This document shows, one piece after another, positions 62,797-64,000 of a DNA stretch of 64,000 bases. Position 1 is the first letter of the stretch. Each line of letters starts with the position of its first letter. The DNA comes from Halarcobacter sp. (GTDB lineage Bacteria; Campylobacterota; Campylobacteria; Campylobacterales; Arcobacteraceae). The stretch spans positions 3,040,001-3,104,000 of the forward strand of contig OY781089.1 in assembly GCA_963676565.1 (NCBI GenBank), in the 5' to 3' direction. The notes below the pieces were generated by a model, which worked only from the letters and a program-made list of their open reading frames with translations, was not told the origin of the DNA and made no database searches. Position numbers and translations under genes: made by a program.

Positions 62797-63652
62797 CATA
62801 AAAAAGATAGTTAAACTACTTATTCAGATTTTATTTACAGCTATAGCTATAACTATAGTTGTAAATAAACTTGACTTATCCCAAATAAAAAACACCCTAA
62901 GTTCCACAAACTTTTTTTATCTTTTTATAGCATTTTTGATGTTTAATATCTCAAAAATAATTAGTTCTGTAAGATTAAATAGATTTTTTAATGATATTAA
63001 TTTAAAACTTTCACAAAGTTATAATCTAAAGCTTTATTATCTTGGGATGTTTTATAATCTATTCTTACCTGGAGGAATTGGGGGAGATGGATATAAAATC
63101 TATATTTTAAAGAAATATTTCAATCAAAAAATACTAACAATGACAAAAGTGATGTTACTTGATAGGATTTCTGGGCTTATAGCCTTGCTTTTTTTAACTG
63201 GAGTTTTAGGCTTATTTAGCTCTTTTACAAACTATACTTATATTTCCTATCTTACAATAGCTGGTGTAATTTTAATTTACCCTATTACAATATTACTTTA
63301 TAAATATAAATTTAGTGAGTTTTTAAAAAGTTTTCAAATAACAAACTTTCAAGCTTTACTAGTACAACTTTTTCAAGTTTTTTGTGCTTATTTTATAGTT
63401 TTGTCATTTGGGGGAAGTAATGATATTTTTGATTTATTAGTAATTTTTCTAATCTCATCAATAGTTGCTGTTTTACCTTTAACTGTAGGGGGAATTGGAG
63501 CTAGAGAGTTAACTTTTGTATATCTTTTACAATTTCTAGGGAAAGAACCAACAATAGGTGTTGCCCTTTCTGTTATATTCTTTTTAATTACTGCTTTATC
63601 TTCTTTTATTGGAGTTGCATTTATAAACTACAAATGGTCAAAAAAGCAGTAA
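62780..63652 (+). CDS. Flippase-like membrane protein (LPG synthase TM / UPF0104 family)
   Basis: YNLFLPGGIGGD, DRISGL and PLTVGGIGARE motifs. Confidence 0.87.
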   Translation: MKKKTNIKKIVKLLIQILFTAIAITIVVNKLDLSQIKNTLSSTNFFYLFIAFLMFNISKIISSVRLNRFFNDINLKLSQSYNLKLYYLGMFYNLFLPGGIGGDGYKIYILKKYFNQKILTMTKVMLLDRISGLIALLFLTGVLGLFSSFTNYTYISYLTIAGVILIYPITILLYKYKFSEFLKSFQITNFQALLVQLFQVFCAYFIVLSFGGSNDIFDLLVIFLISSIVAVLPLTVGGIGARELTFVYLLQFLGKEPTIGVALSVIFFLITALSSFIGVAFINYKWSKKQ

Positions 63653-63662
63653 TATTTCCTTT

Positions 63663-64000
63663 TTAAATAGGAACTTTTACAGTAAAACATGCTCCTTTTT
63701 CAGTGTTTTTAACTCCAATATAACCATTCATATTTGTTTCAATTATATTTTTTGACATATAAAGCCCTATTCCTGTACCTTGAGATTTATGTTTTGTTGT
63801 AAAATATGGTTCAAAGACTCTATCTATTATCTCTTTTTCAATTCCCCCTGCATTATCTTCTATTTTAACTATATGACACTCTTTGCCACTTTTTATCTCG
63901 ATTACTATTTCAGGATTTTTAATTTTTCTAAGGATTAAAACATCTTTTGCATTATTTAAAATATTTAATATAACTTGTGAGTATTCATTTTCGTATCCAT
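63663..64000 (-). CDS. Sensor histidine kinase, 3' part (HATPase domain; runs in from the window edge)
   Basis: Manual translation YENEYSQVILNILNNAKD...EDNAGGI...FEPYFTTK...GTGIGLYM...KVPI-TAA. Confidence 0.9.
   Translation of the reverse strand, partial: GYENEYSQVILNILNNAKDVLILRKIKNPEIVIEIKSGKECHIVKIEDNAGGIEKEIIDRVFEPYFTTKHKSQGTGIGLYMSKNIIETNMNGYIGVKNTEKGACFTVKVPI

Overview
AT-rich chromosomal window from a Campylobacterota bacterium, most likely Arcobacteraceae (inferred from gene order, AHQWRQPL-type kinases and low GC). Most of it is core genome: parAB, birA, fmt, proB, obgE, rplU/rpmA, dnaG, rnhA-rnc-aroC, rpmH-rnpA-yidD-yidC-jag-mnmE, clpB, rnhB, msrBA, purH, purL, mgtE. Accessory modules lie between these: a Tat flavocytochrome c / tetraheme c / NapC reductase locus running into a pseudo-response regulator, a porin and ribA-ribB; a NosL-like/ABC/Cys-His membrane protein cluster with no nosZ nearby; an Amt-GGDEF fusion; a DUF134/NifX-like pair with a doubled candidate operator; and a GT-C/GT2/flippase trio. 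Signals outside the ORF track include rnpA apparently starting at ATT, two copies of a covarying palindromic element after mnmE and purH, CIRCE- and HAIR-like operators at clpB, and several candidate structured RNAs. I saw no rRNA, tRNA, CRISPR array, transposase or phage gene. All calls come from reading the sequence by eye; no database searches were run.
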